Below, piece by piece: positions 1 to 9,220 of a DNA stretch of 32,000 nucleotides (position 1 is the stretch's first letter; every line of letters starts with the position of its first letter). The notes beneath the pieces are model-generated. The model was not told the DNA's origin, made no database searches, and worked only from the letters and a program-made list of their open reading frames with translations. This DNA is from Trichlorobacter lovleyi SZ (lineage in GTDB: Bacteria; Desulfobacterota; Desulfuromonadia; Geobacterales; Pseudopelobacteraceae). The stretch spans positions 1,110,001-1,142,000 of the forward strand of contig NC_010814.1 in NCBI RefSeq assembly GCF_000020385.1, given 5' to 3'. Made by a program: the position numbers and the translations under genes.

Positions 1-1877
1 CAGAGGAGATCATCCGTTACCTGACGGCCCGCGGGGTGGCGGTACAGACCCGGCGGCGGGCCGATATCCTGCAGGAACCGCTGATTCTCAAGCTGATGAA
101 CGTGCTGCGCTATCTGGCCACTGAACTGGAACGGCCCCATTCCGGTGAACGGCTGCTGTTTGAGATATTGCATGAACCCTGGTTCGGGGTACCACCTCTG
201 GCCCTGGCCAGGCTGTCGGTGGAGATCGCCCGGCAGCGGACCGAGAAACGTCCCAGCTACTGGCGTGAGCAGTTGCCGCTGCGGGGAATGGACAAGGGAC
301 AACAGGCCCTGTTTCCGGCCAGCGATGACCTGCACCTGCGTCAGGCCGGCGAGACCATTGAAGAACTGCTGCGGGATGCTGCCACCATGACCCTGCAGGA
401 GCTGCTGCACCATGTCATCACCAGGCTGGGGATTCTGGCCCAGGCCCTGTCGGCCCACGAACGGGTCTGGCATCTTGAACTGCTGAACACCCTGTTTGAC
501 TTCGTGCGGGAGGAAACCGCCAAACAGCCGCTGTCGCTGCCCGAGCTGCTGGCCATGCTGGCTGATATGCAACGCCAGGGGATCAGTCTGGCCGTGGAAA
601 AGCTCAGCTATACCGGCGCCGGGGTCAACTTCCTGACCGCCCATGGCTCCAAGGGGTTGCAGTTTGACCATGTCTTCATGCTGGGCTGTACCCGTGGTGT
701 CTGGGACAGTGCCTCCCGCAACCGTACCTACAGCATGCCCCCTACCATCTGGTCCGGCCCGGCCGGCAGTGAGGAGGAGGAATCGCGCCGTCTGTTCTAT
801 GTGGCCATGACCAGGGCCCGCAAACAGCTGGTGATCTCCTGGCCGGAGCGGGACAACAAGGAAAAAGAGCTGGAGAAGAGCCGTTTTGTGGCTGAACTGG
901 CAGAAAGCGGGGGCGGCAGCATCCGCCAGCACGTGCTGAGTGACGACGAACTGCTGGCCTTTGGCAATGCCGTGTTGCAGGCACTACCGGCACGGCTTCC
1001 TGCCGAACTGATTGACGACGCCTTTGTGGACAGTCTGCTGCAGAAGTATTCCCTCAGTGTCACCCACCTGAACAGCTATCTGCGCTGTCCGCTCTCCTTC
1101 TACTTCAACACCCTGCTGCGGGTGCCGGCACCGATGAGTTCTGCCCTGACCTTCGGCTCGGCGGTTCATCACGCCCTGGAACAGCTCTTCCGCAAGATGA
1201 AGGCAGATCCGGCCGGACGGTTTCCCACTGCGGATGTCTTTGTGGAGGATTTCCGCTGGTTCATGCGTCGGCACGAGGAGGGCTTTACCCCGGCAGAGTT
1301 CAGGCGCAGGCTGGAGTATGGCGAGACGATCCTGCCCGGCTTTTACGCTGCCCACCATGCCGGCTGGAAACGGGATGCGCTGGTTGAGTACCCCTTCCGC
1401 AACATCCTGATGGACGGTATCCCGCTGAACGGCAAACTGGATATGCTGGAGTTTTCGGGCAACCATGTCACGGTGGTGGACTACAAGACCGGCAACCCCC
1501 AGAATGCGCGCAAGAAGCTGAATCCGCCCGACCCGGAGAAGGTCGCCAAGGCGCTGGCTGAAGGCAGGGAACCGCATGATGATGACCGGCTGGGCGGTGA
1601 TTACTGGCGACAGGCGGTCTTCTACCGGATTCTGGTGGAACATGAGCCACGCCGCAGCTGGGTGATGACCTCGGCCCGCTTCGAGTTTGTAGAGCCGGAA
1701 AAGGAAAGCGGCGAATTCCGGTCGGCCCGCTTTGAGGTCTCGGATGATGAGGTGGCCCAGGTCAGGCAGCAGGTCAAAGAGGTCTACGCAAAGATTCAGG
1801 CCAAACAGTTTCACAACGGTTGCGGCAAACCGGAATGTGAATGGTGCAGCTTTGTAAAGCGGTTTGAAGGACGCTGA
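1..1877 (+). CDS. UvrD/PcrA-type superfamily-1 helicase (C-terminal half) fused to a C-terminal PD-(D/E)XK RecB/AddB/Cas4-like nuclease domain; the 5' end lies outside the window
   Basis: The frame of track ORF 36..1877 stays open back to position 3, so the gene is 5'-truncated. It carries helicase motifs TAHGSKGLQFDHVF and LFYVAMTRARKQLVIS. The C-terminal region looks nuclease-like (GKLDMLEF...VVDYKTG...YWRQAVFY) and has four Cys (LRCPLSFYF and CGKPECEWCSF), as in Fe-S RecB-family nucleases. Confidence 0.8.
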   Translation, partial: EEIIRYLTARGVAVQTRRRADILQEPLILKLMNVLRYLATELERPHSGERLLFEILHEPWFGVPPLALARLSVEIARQRTEKRPSYWREQLPLRGMDKGQQALFPASDDLHLRQAGETIEELLRDAATMTLQELLHHVITRLGILAQALSAHERVWHLELLNTLFDFVREETAKQPLSLPELLAMLADMQRQGISLAVEKLSYTGAGVNFLTAHGSKGLQFDHVFMLGCTRGVWDSASRNRTYSMPPTIWSGPAGSEEEESRRLFYVAMTRARKQLVISWPERDNKEKELEKSRFVAELAESGGGSIRQHVLSDDELLAFGNAVLQALPARLPAELIDDAFVDSLLQKYSLSVTHLNSYLRCPLSFYFNTLLRVPAPMSSALTFGSAVHHALEQLFRKMKADPAGRFPTADVFVEDFRWFMRRHEEGFTPAEFRRRLEYGETILPGFYAAHHAGWKRDALVEYPFRNILMDGIPLNGKLDMLEFSGNHVTVVDYKTGNPQNARKKLNPPDPEKVAKALAEGREPHDDDRLGGDYWRQAVFYRILVEHEPRRSWVMTSARFEFVEPEKESGEFRSARFEVSDDEVAQVRQQVKEVYAKIQAKQFHNGCGKPECEWCSFVKRFEGR

Positions 1878-2091
1878 CGGCTTTTCTGGGAATTTGGGGT
1901 ATTACTAAAATTCAGACAAATCAGGGGCGGCGATCAACAGCTGTGCGGCATCGTTACCCGTAAAAAGCAGATTGTTGACTGGCTGGGAGGTGCACATTGA
2001 GAGAAAAATGTTACCGGTATCATGCTCCGCAGGCCCGGCGCACCCAGCTCCGGCGCGGCCATGCAGGCCGGGGACCGGCAGGAGTCTGAAG

Positions 2092-2985
2092 ATGCCTGTC
2101 CTGGCACAGCTTGAACAGGAGTCGATACGGATCATCCGTGAAGCGGTTGCCGAGGCAGAGCGTCCGGTCATGCTCTATTCCATCGGCAAGGATTCGTCGG
2201 TGATGCTGCACCTTGCCCTGAAGGCCTTTTATCCCCTCTTGCCGCCATTTCCCCTGTTGCATGTCGATACCACCTGGAAATTCCGTGAGATGATCAGCTT
2301 CAGGGATGCCACGGTTGAGCGGCTCGGGATGAAGCTACTGGTACACACCAACCGCTCCGGGCTTGAGCGCGGTATTGATCCGTTTGTCCATGGCAGCCGG
2401 GTCTATACCGATGTCATGAAGACCGAGGCGCTGCGGCAGGTCCTGGATCAGTACGGATTTGACATGATCTTTGGCGGTGCCCGCCGCGATGAGGAGAAGA
2501 GCAGGGCCAAGGAACGGGTCTTTTCCTTCCGGAATAGTCAGCACCGCTGGGAGCCGCGGGAACAGCGTCCGGAGTTCTGGGGGATTCCGAACCTGATGAA
2601 AAACAGGGGCGAAAGTTTCCGGGTCTTTCCGCTCTCCGACTGGACCGAGCTGGATGTCTGGCGCTATATCCGGCAGGAACAGATTCCGGTGGTGCCGCTC
2701 TATTTCGCTGCCGAGCGGCCGGTGGTTGAGCGCCAGGGCCAGCTATTGATGCAGGATGATGCGCGCTTGCAACTTGCAGATGGGGAGAAGGTCCGCATGC
2801 GGATGGTCCGCTTCCGTACCCTGGGCTGCTATCCCCTCACCGCTGCCACGCCTTCGGAGGCAGCCGACGTTGAAGCGGTTATCCGCGAACTGGAAACCGC
2901 GACCCTGTCGGAACGTTGCGGCCGCCTGATCGACTTTGACCAGACCGGCAGCATGGAACTGAAAAAGCAGGAAGGGTACTTTTGA
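2092..2985 (+). CDS. cysD: Sulfate adenylyltransferase subunit 2 (CysD)
   Basis: Strong CysD similarity throughout ([13 protein letters not shown]-loop [16 protein letters not shown]-terminal [12 protein letters not shown]). I moved the start from the track ORF (1972) to ATG 2092, which has GGAG at 2081-2084 and is where similarity to E. coli CysD begins. Confidence 0.93.
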   Translation: MPVLAQLEQESIRIIREAVAEAERPVMLYSIGKDSSVMLHLALKAFYPLLPPFPLLHVDTTWKFREMISFRDATVERLGMKLLVHTNRSGLERGIDPFVHGSRVYTDVMKTEALRQVLDQYGFDMIFGGARRDEEKSRAKERVFSFRNSQHRWEPREQRPEFWGIPNLMKNRGESFRVFPLSDWTELDVWRYIRQEQIPVVPLYFAAERPVVERQGQLLMQDDARLQLADGEKVRMRMVRFRTLGCYPLTAATPSEAADVEAVIRELETATLSERCGRLIDFDQTGSMELKKQEGYF

Positions 2986-2986
2986 G

Positions 2987-4945
2987 ATGAAGACCGCCGA
3001 TGCTGTGTTGCGCATACTGGCCTGCGGCAGTGTGGACGACGGCAAGTCCACCCTGATCGGGCACCTGCTGTTTCTGACCGGCAACCTGACTGAGGATCAG
3101 CTGGAGGTACTGCATGACGAGAGTGCCCGGCTCGGCAGGAGCGGTGCTGCCCCTGATTATTCCTTGTTGCTGGACGGGCTGCTGGACGAGCGGCAACAGG
3201 GTATTACCATTGATGTTGCCCACCGCTATCTGGCAACGGGCGGGCGCAAGTATATCCTGGCCGATGCACCGGGACATGAGCAGTATACCCGCAACATGGC
3301 AACGGCAGCCTCCCGCTGCGATGCCGCCATTCTGCTCCTGGATGCCACAACCGGTTTTCTGCCGCAGACACGCCGCCATGCCCTGATCTGTGCCCTGTTC
3401 GGCATCCGGCAGCTGCTGCTGGTGGTCAACAAGATGGATCTGACCGGCTGGAGCCGGGAGCGTTTTCTGGAGATCAGCGAGCATTGCCGTCAGCTGACCG
3501 ACGATCTGAGGCTGTTTGGTGTCTGTCCGGAGCAGCCTGTTGTCGTGCCTGTTTCGGCGCTAGCAGGTGATAACCTGACGGCACGCTCCCCCCACACTCC
3601 CTGGTATGACGGCCCGACCGTACTGGACTGGCTTCAGTCGGTGCCCTGCGCGGATCTTCGGAGGGATAATGGTGCCAGGCTGCCGGTGCAGTATGTGTTG
3701 CATGCCGGGCAGCAGGGGGCTGACAGCAGACAGGGCCTGCCGGAGCTGCTGCGCGGCAGCGGCTCCGACGTGTTCAGGGGCTATTGCGGCCATCTCTCGG
3801 GCGGCCCCCTGCAACAGGGCGAACGGGTGGCCATCCTGCCCTCCGGTGTCGAAACCTCTGTACAGCAGATCTGGTCCGGCTTCCGGCTGATCGAGAAGGC
3901 GGAGCCGGGACAGGAGATAGCGCTGACCCTGGCCGGTGAGCAGGATGTTGCGCGGGGGGACTGCATTGTTCCGGCCGGTAACCGTCCGGAACAGGCCGAC
4001 CGGTTCAAGGTGCGGGTCGTGTGCCTGGATACGCAGGCACTGCTGCCGGCCCGCCGCTACCGGTTCCGTTCGGCCTGCGGCACGGTGACGGCAGAAATAA
4101 CCCGTATCAGAAACAGGATCGGGCTTGCCAGCTACCAGCGCCTGGCTGCCGACCGGCTGGAGATGAATGACGTTGGCGAGGTCGAACTCCAGCTTTCCCG
4201 GCAGCTGCCCTTTGATCCCTACGACCGGAACTCCCAGACCGGTTCCTTTGTCCTGATTGATCAGGGGAGCCACGCAAGCGTTGCCTGCGGCATGATCCTG
4301 CACCCGTTGCGCCGCGCCGCCAACATCCACCGTCACCGGGAAACGGTGGCGCCTGCCGAGCGGGCCCTGCTCAAGGCGCAGAGCCCCTGCGTGATCTGGC
4401 TGACCGGACTTTCCGGCTCCGGCAAAAGCAGCATTGCCAACGCCCTGGAACGGCTGCTGGTTGATCAGGGCTGCCATACCATGCTGCTGGATGGCGACAA
4501 TCTACGGCATGGTCTCAACCGGGATCTCGGTTTTACCGAGCCGGACCGGATTGAAAATATCCGGCGGATCGGCGAGGTGGCAAAGCTGATGACCGAGGCG
4601 GGATTGATTGTGATTACCGCCTTCATCTCGCCCTATCGCTCCGATCGTGACATGGTGCGTCAGATGTTTGCCGAAGGTGACTTCTTTGAGGTGCATGTGG
4701 CAACCCCCCTTGCGGTCTGCGAGCAGCGTGACCCCAAGGGGTTGTACCGTCTGGCGCGCAGCGGCGTGATTCCCAATTTTACCGGTATCAACTCCCCCTA
4801 CGAAGAACCGTTGCAGGCCGAGCTGGTCCTTGCAGCCGGAGCCTCGCAGACCGCCGACGATGCGATGGCCATTGTCGGCATGCTGCGCAGATGCGGCAAG
4901 TTGCAGCCTGCAACGGATCAGGCCGTTCCTGTGGGGGGTGTGTGA
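2987..4945 (+). CDS. cysNC: Bifunctional sulfate adenylyltransferase subunit 1 (CysN GTPase) / adenylylsulfate kinase (CysC)
   Basis: The N-terminal part has GTPase motifs GSVDDGKST, DAPGHEQY and NKMD. The C-terminal ~190 aa form an APS kinase with P-loop GLSGSGKSS and LDGDNLRHGLN. The ATG lies 1 nt after the cysD stop. Confidence 0.92.
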   Translation: MKTADAVLRILACGSVDDGKSTLIGHLLFLTGNLTEDQLEVLHDESARLGRSGAAPDYSLLLDGLLDERQQGITIDVAHRYLATGGRKYILADAPGHEQYTRNMATAASRCDAAILLLDATTGFLPQTRRHALICALFGIRQLLLVVNKMDLTGWSRERFLEISEHCRQLTDDLRLFGVCPEQPVVVPVSALAGDNLTARSPHTPWYDGPTVLDWLQSVPCADLRRDNGARLPVQYVLHAGQQGADSRQGLPELLRGSGSDVFRGYCGHLSGGPLQQGERVAILPSGVETSVQQIWSGFRLIEKAEPGQEIALTLAGEQDVARGDCIVPAGNRPEQADRFKVRVVCLDTQALLPARRYRFRSACGTVTAEITRIRNRIGLASYQRLAADRLEMNDVGEVELQLSRQLPFDPYDRNSQTGSFVLIDQGSHASVACGMILHPLRRAANIHRHRETVAPAERALLKAQSPCVIWLTGLSGSGKSSIANALERLLVDQGCHTMLLDGDNLRHGLNRDLGFTEPDRIENIRRIGEVAKLMTEAGLIVITAFISPYRSDRDMVRQMFAEGDFFEVHVATPLAVCEQRDPKGLYRLARSGVIPNFTGINSPYEEPLQAELVLAAGASQTADDAMAIVGMLRRCGKLQPATDQAVPVGGV

Positions 4946-5694
4946 GTAGCGATCTGCAGCTCTTTTGGGTCTGTCTGGGGATCGGTTTCGGTGCCCAGTT
5001 TGTGGCCGGCTGCCTGGGGATGGGGTACAGCGTAACCATCTCGTCCGTGCTGCTCAGCATGGGGATCAGCCCCTCGGTTGCAAGCGCGTCCGTGCATACC
5101 TCGGAGGTGGTCAACCGCCTGTTGTCGGGGCTTGCCCATTATCGCTACGGCAATGTCGAGACACGCACCTTCAAGCTGCTGGCGCTGTACGGGATGGCCG
5201 GCGCCTTTATCGGCGCCTTTGTGGTGGTGCATACGCCGGTCTCCCTGATGCGCCCGCTGGTGGCTGCCGGGCTGCTGGTCATGGGGCTGCGGATTCTGAG
5301 CTCAGCCTTCCGGCAGTTGCCGCAGGCGTTTATTCAGCGGACCCGCCTGGGTCTGCTGGGCTTTATCGGCGGTTTTGTGGATGTCATTGGTGGCGGCGGG
5401 TGGGGGCCGGTGGTGACGGCGACCTTGATCCTGCAGGGCAAGGCAACCAATCTGGTGGTCGGTTCCATCAATTTTGCCAAATTTTTTGTTGCGGTGGTGG
5501 AATCGGCAACCCTGCTGCTGCTGCTCAAGTCACCCAACTGGCTGATGATTGCCGGTCTGATTGCCGGAGGTGCGGTTGCAGCCCCCATTGCGGCCTACAC
5601 CTGCGCCTACGTGCCGAAACGGCTGCTGACCATACTGGTGGGGAGCCTGGTCTGCCTCTTGAGTCTGCGGACCCTGCTGCGGGCCTTGCCGTAG
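4942..5694 (+). CDS. TSUP (TauE/SafE, DUF81) family inner-membrane anion permease
   Basis: The protein is polytopic and hydrophobic, with Gly-rich TSUP-like helices (LGIGFGAQFVAGCLGMGYS and GFIGGFVDVIGGGGWGP). The start is uncertain. GTG 4942 overlaps the cysNC stop (GTGTGA) and keeps the first helix, while the track start ATG 4891 would overlap cysNC by 55 nt. Confidence 0.75.
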   Translation: MSSDLQLFWVCLGIGFGAQFVAGCLGMGYSVTISSVLLSMGISPSVASASVHTSEVVNRLLSGLAHYRYGNVETRTFKLLALYGMAGAFIGAFVVVHTPVSLMRPLVAAGLLVMGLRILSSAFRQLPQAFIQRTRLGLLGFIGGFVDVIGGGGWGPVVTATLILQGKATNLVVGSINFAKFFVAVVESATLLLLLKSPNWLMIAGLIAGGAVAAPIAAYTCAYVPKRLLTILVGSLVCLLSLRTLLRALP

Positions 5695-5727
5695 GCCGCC
5701 CTGAGCGGATGTTGATCTGCTTTCAGA

Positions 5728-6957
5728 TTACGTCACCACCACGCTTCTGATCCCCTCGGGCCGCCAGGCCGGCGAGATAACGTGCGATCCCTTTTCTTCC
5801 GTGTTCAGCATGCTGCCGAAGGTGAGCTTGAAATCGCCGAAGCGGTCATTAACCGCATCCATGGCCCTGGTCAGCTGCTCTTTCCTGCGCTCTTCCGCAA
5901 ACAGGGACGGCTGCTGTTCCTGGTATTCCAGGTTGCTCAGGCAGACCCCCAGCAGCCTGACCGGCTGGCTGAGCTCCATGCTGTCCAGCAAGCGGACCGC
6001 GCTCCGGTAGATGTCGTTACTGAGGTTGATGTAGCTGTCCAGGGTGATCTGCTTCTGGATGTTGGTGAAAAAGTCGGCAAAGCGGATGTAGATGCTGACC
6101 GTCTTGCCGCTCACGCCGTAGCGCCGGGCCCGTCTCCCCACCATCTCTGCCAGTTGCAGCAGGTAGCGCAGGATATCCTGCCGTGTGTCTATATCCTTGT
6201 GCAGCGTCATGGAGTGGCCGACACTCTTGACCTGCTCATCCCCCTCCGTCGCCAGTACCGGGCTGTCGTCGATCCCCTGTCCCATCTCTCTGAGCCTGGG
6301 GCCGATGATGCCGAATTTTCTGCTGAGCAGCTCTTCCGGGAAACGCCCCAGCTGTCCGCAACTCTTGATCCCCAGCAGGTTCAACCGGCGTTCCAGCTTC
6401 TTGCCGATGCCGCAGAGATCGCCGATGGTAACTGATTCCAGCACCGCCTTGATCTGATCCGGCGCGATTACGGTTAAACCGTCAGGCTTCTGCATGTCAC
6501 TGGCCAGTTTGGCAAGCAGCTTGTTCGGGGCGATGCCGACGGAGCAGGTCAGGCCCAGTTCCTGCCTGATCCGTGCTTTTAGTTGATGGGCAATGGTTTC
6601 AGCAGAGCCAAACAGGGCGCGGGAATGGGTTACATCAAGGAAGGCCTCATCAATGGAAAATACCTCCACCAGGGGGGTGTACTGCCGCATCATGCCAATG
6701 ATCTGCCGGGAGGCATGGGTATATTTTTTGTTGTCACCGACAATGATGATCAGTTCGGGGCAGGCCCGTCTGCCCTCCCAGATGGCCATACCGGTCTTGA
6801 CCCCAAAACGGCGGGCCTCGTAGGAGGCGGTGGTGATGACCGTGCGATGACCTGAGCCGACAACCGCAACCGGTTTGCCCTGCAGGTCGGGGTTGGCCTG
6901 CTGTTCCACCGAGGCGAAAAACGCATTCATATCGATATGAAGGATAGCCCTGTCCAT
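5728..6957 (-). CDS. dinB: DNA polymerase IV (Y-family translesion polymerase DinB)
   Basis: The N-terminus MDRAILHIDMNAFFASVEQ matches the DinB catalytic motif, followed by SIDEAFLDVT, with full-length Y-family architecture. Confidence 0.93.
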   Translation of the reverse strand: MDRAILHIDMNAFFASVEQQANPDLQGKPVAVVGSGHRTVITTASYEARRFGVKTGMAIWEGRRACPELIIIVGDNKKYTHASRQIIGMMRQYTPLVEVFSIDEAFLDVTHSRALFGSAETIAHQLKARIRQELGLTCSVGIAPNKLLAKLASDMQKPDGLTVIAPDQIKAVLESVTIGDLCGIGKKLERRLNLLGIKSCGQLGRFPEELLSRKFGIIGPRLREMGQGIDDSPVLATEGDEQVKSVGHSMTLHKDIDTRQDILRYLLQLAEMVGRRARRYGVSGKTVSIYIRFADFFTNIQKQITLDSYINLSNDIYRSAVRLLDSMELSQPVRLLGVCLSNLEYQEQQPSLFAEERRKEQLTRAMDAVNDRFGDFKLTFGSMLNTEEKGSHVISPAWRPEGIRSVVVT

Positions 6958-6965
6958 GGAACAGA

Positions 6966-6983
6966 GGTTACCAAATGACTACC
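6966..6983 (-). promoter_or_regulatory. Geobacter-type LexA (SOS) box upstream of dinB
   Basis: The plus strand reads GGTTACCAAATGACTACC, which equals GGTT-N2-C-N4-G-N3-ACC, an exact fit to the imperfect palindrome reported as the Geobacter LexA box. It ends 8 nt upstream of the dinB ATG. Confidence 0.6.
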
Positions 6984-7057
6984 ACGCGAAGTCAAGCGTG
7001 ATCTTCAACAGCCCAAGGGTGAGAAAGGACCGGCGACGGATGCCTCTTTACGGTCTG

Positions 7058-8455
<1,398 letters not shown>

Positions 8456-8485
8456 CTCTGGCTCCCGATAAGATGATTGGCTCTG

Positions 8486-9220
8486 CTATGTACCCCCGAA
8501 CACCCTGCGCAACAGAGCAGTGGTCCGGGCCGCCGGGTCTTTTCTGATCTTTTTCTCTTCCTCTGCCACCATCAGGAACAGTCCGTCCAGGGCCTTGTTG
8601 GTGACATATTCATCAAGGTCAAGGGAGGGCTTGCCGGAAAAGGCAGCCAGAGGCGTGGCTTCATATTTGCCTATCAGTTCCTTGTAGGCCCGGGCGGTAC
8701 CTGCCTGATTCATTGCCGTGCCGACACTTGGTTTAAACGCCTCAAACAGCTGCGCGCGAGTCTTTTTCTCAAAGAAAACAGTGGCTGCCGTATCACCACC
8801 GTTCAGAATCTGCCTGGCATCGTCAACCGTCATCTGGCGAATGGCATTGCCAAAATAGCGTGCTGCCTGTGGTGCTGCCTTCTCTGCAGCCCGGTTCATA
8901 CTCAGGACAAAGGTATCAACCTGTTGTTGAAAGCCGATCTTGGCTGCCACGTCTGCCACCTGTTGTATTCTGGCCGGTAACAGGATCTTGATCAGCTGGT
9001 TACGGAAGTAGCCGTCAGGCCTTGAAACCGCTGTTACGGCTTTTTCGGTACCGGTGGCCAACGCCTCCTTGAGCCCTTTGACAATAACGGTGTTGTCAAG
9101 GCTGCTCTGCTGTTTTGACGGAGGCAGGATGTCGCGGGAAAAATCATCTAGCAATCCGGCATGGCAGGGAGACCAGATTACAAGCACAGCCGCAAAAGCA
9201 AGATAGCATGAGCGTTTCAT
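8486..9220 (-). CDS. DUF4197 domain-containing secreted/periplasmic protein
   Basis: It has an N-terminal signal peptide (MKRSCYLAFAAVLVIWSPCHA) and blocks characteristic of DUF4197 (LSMNRAAEKA, LDGLFLMVAEEEKKIRKDPAARTTALL). The start ATG overlaps the upstream gene's stop (ATGA). Confidence 0.8.
   Translation of the reverse strand: MKRSCYLAFAAVLVIWSPCHAGLLDDFSRDILPPSKQQSSLDNTVIVKGLKEALATGTEKAVTAVSRPDGYFRNQLIKILLPARIQQVADVAAKIGFQQQVDTFVLSMNRAAEKAAPQAARYFGNAIRQMTVDDARQILNGGDTAATVFFEKKTRAQLFEAFKPSVGTAMNQAGTARAYKELIGKYEATPLAAFSGKPSLDLDEYVTNKALDGLFLMVAEEEKKIRKDPAARTTALLRRVFGGT

Noticed and set aside
1972-2091. N-terminal extensions of track ORFs: cysD from 1972, the response regulator from 20111, the oxidoreductase from 25529, and the small ORF from 10793.
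   Set aside because: Homology to known families begins at internal ATGs that carry proper GGAG-type RBSs (2092, 20228, 25862, 10772). The extensions are low-complexity or run through promoter-like sequence.
1878-2091. A possible riboswitch (SAM or other sulfur-responsive) in the 214-nt cysD leader.
   Set aside because: I could not match any riboswitch consensus I know, such as the SAM-I core. Only short direct repeats are visible, so this is mentioned under the cys operon finding as a scan target only.
4965-5750. A 261-aa same-strand ORF in an alternative frame over the TSUP permease gene.
   Set aside because: Its translation is Arg/Gly/Cys/Ala-rich with no domain features, whereas the other frame gives a coherent multi-helix membrane protein. 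It is a GC-driven open frame.
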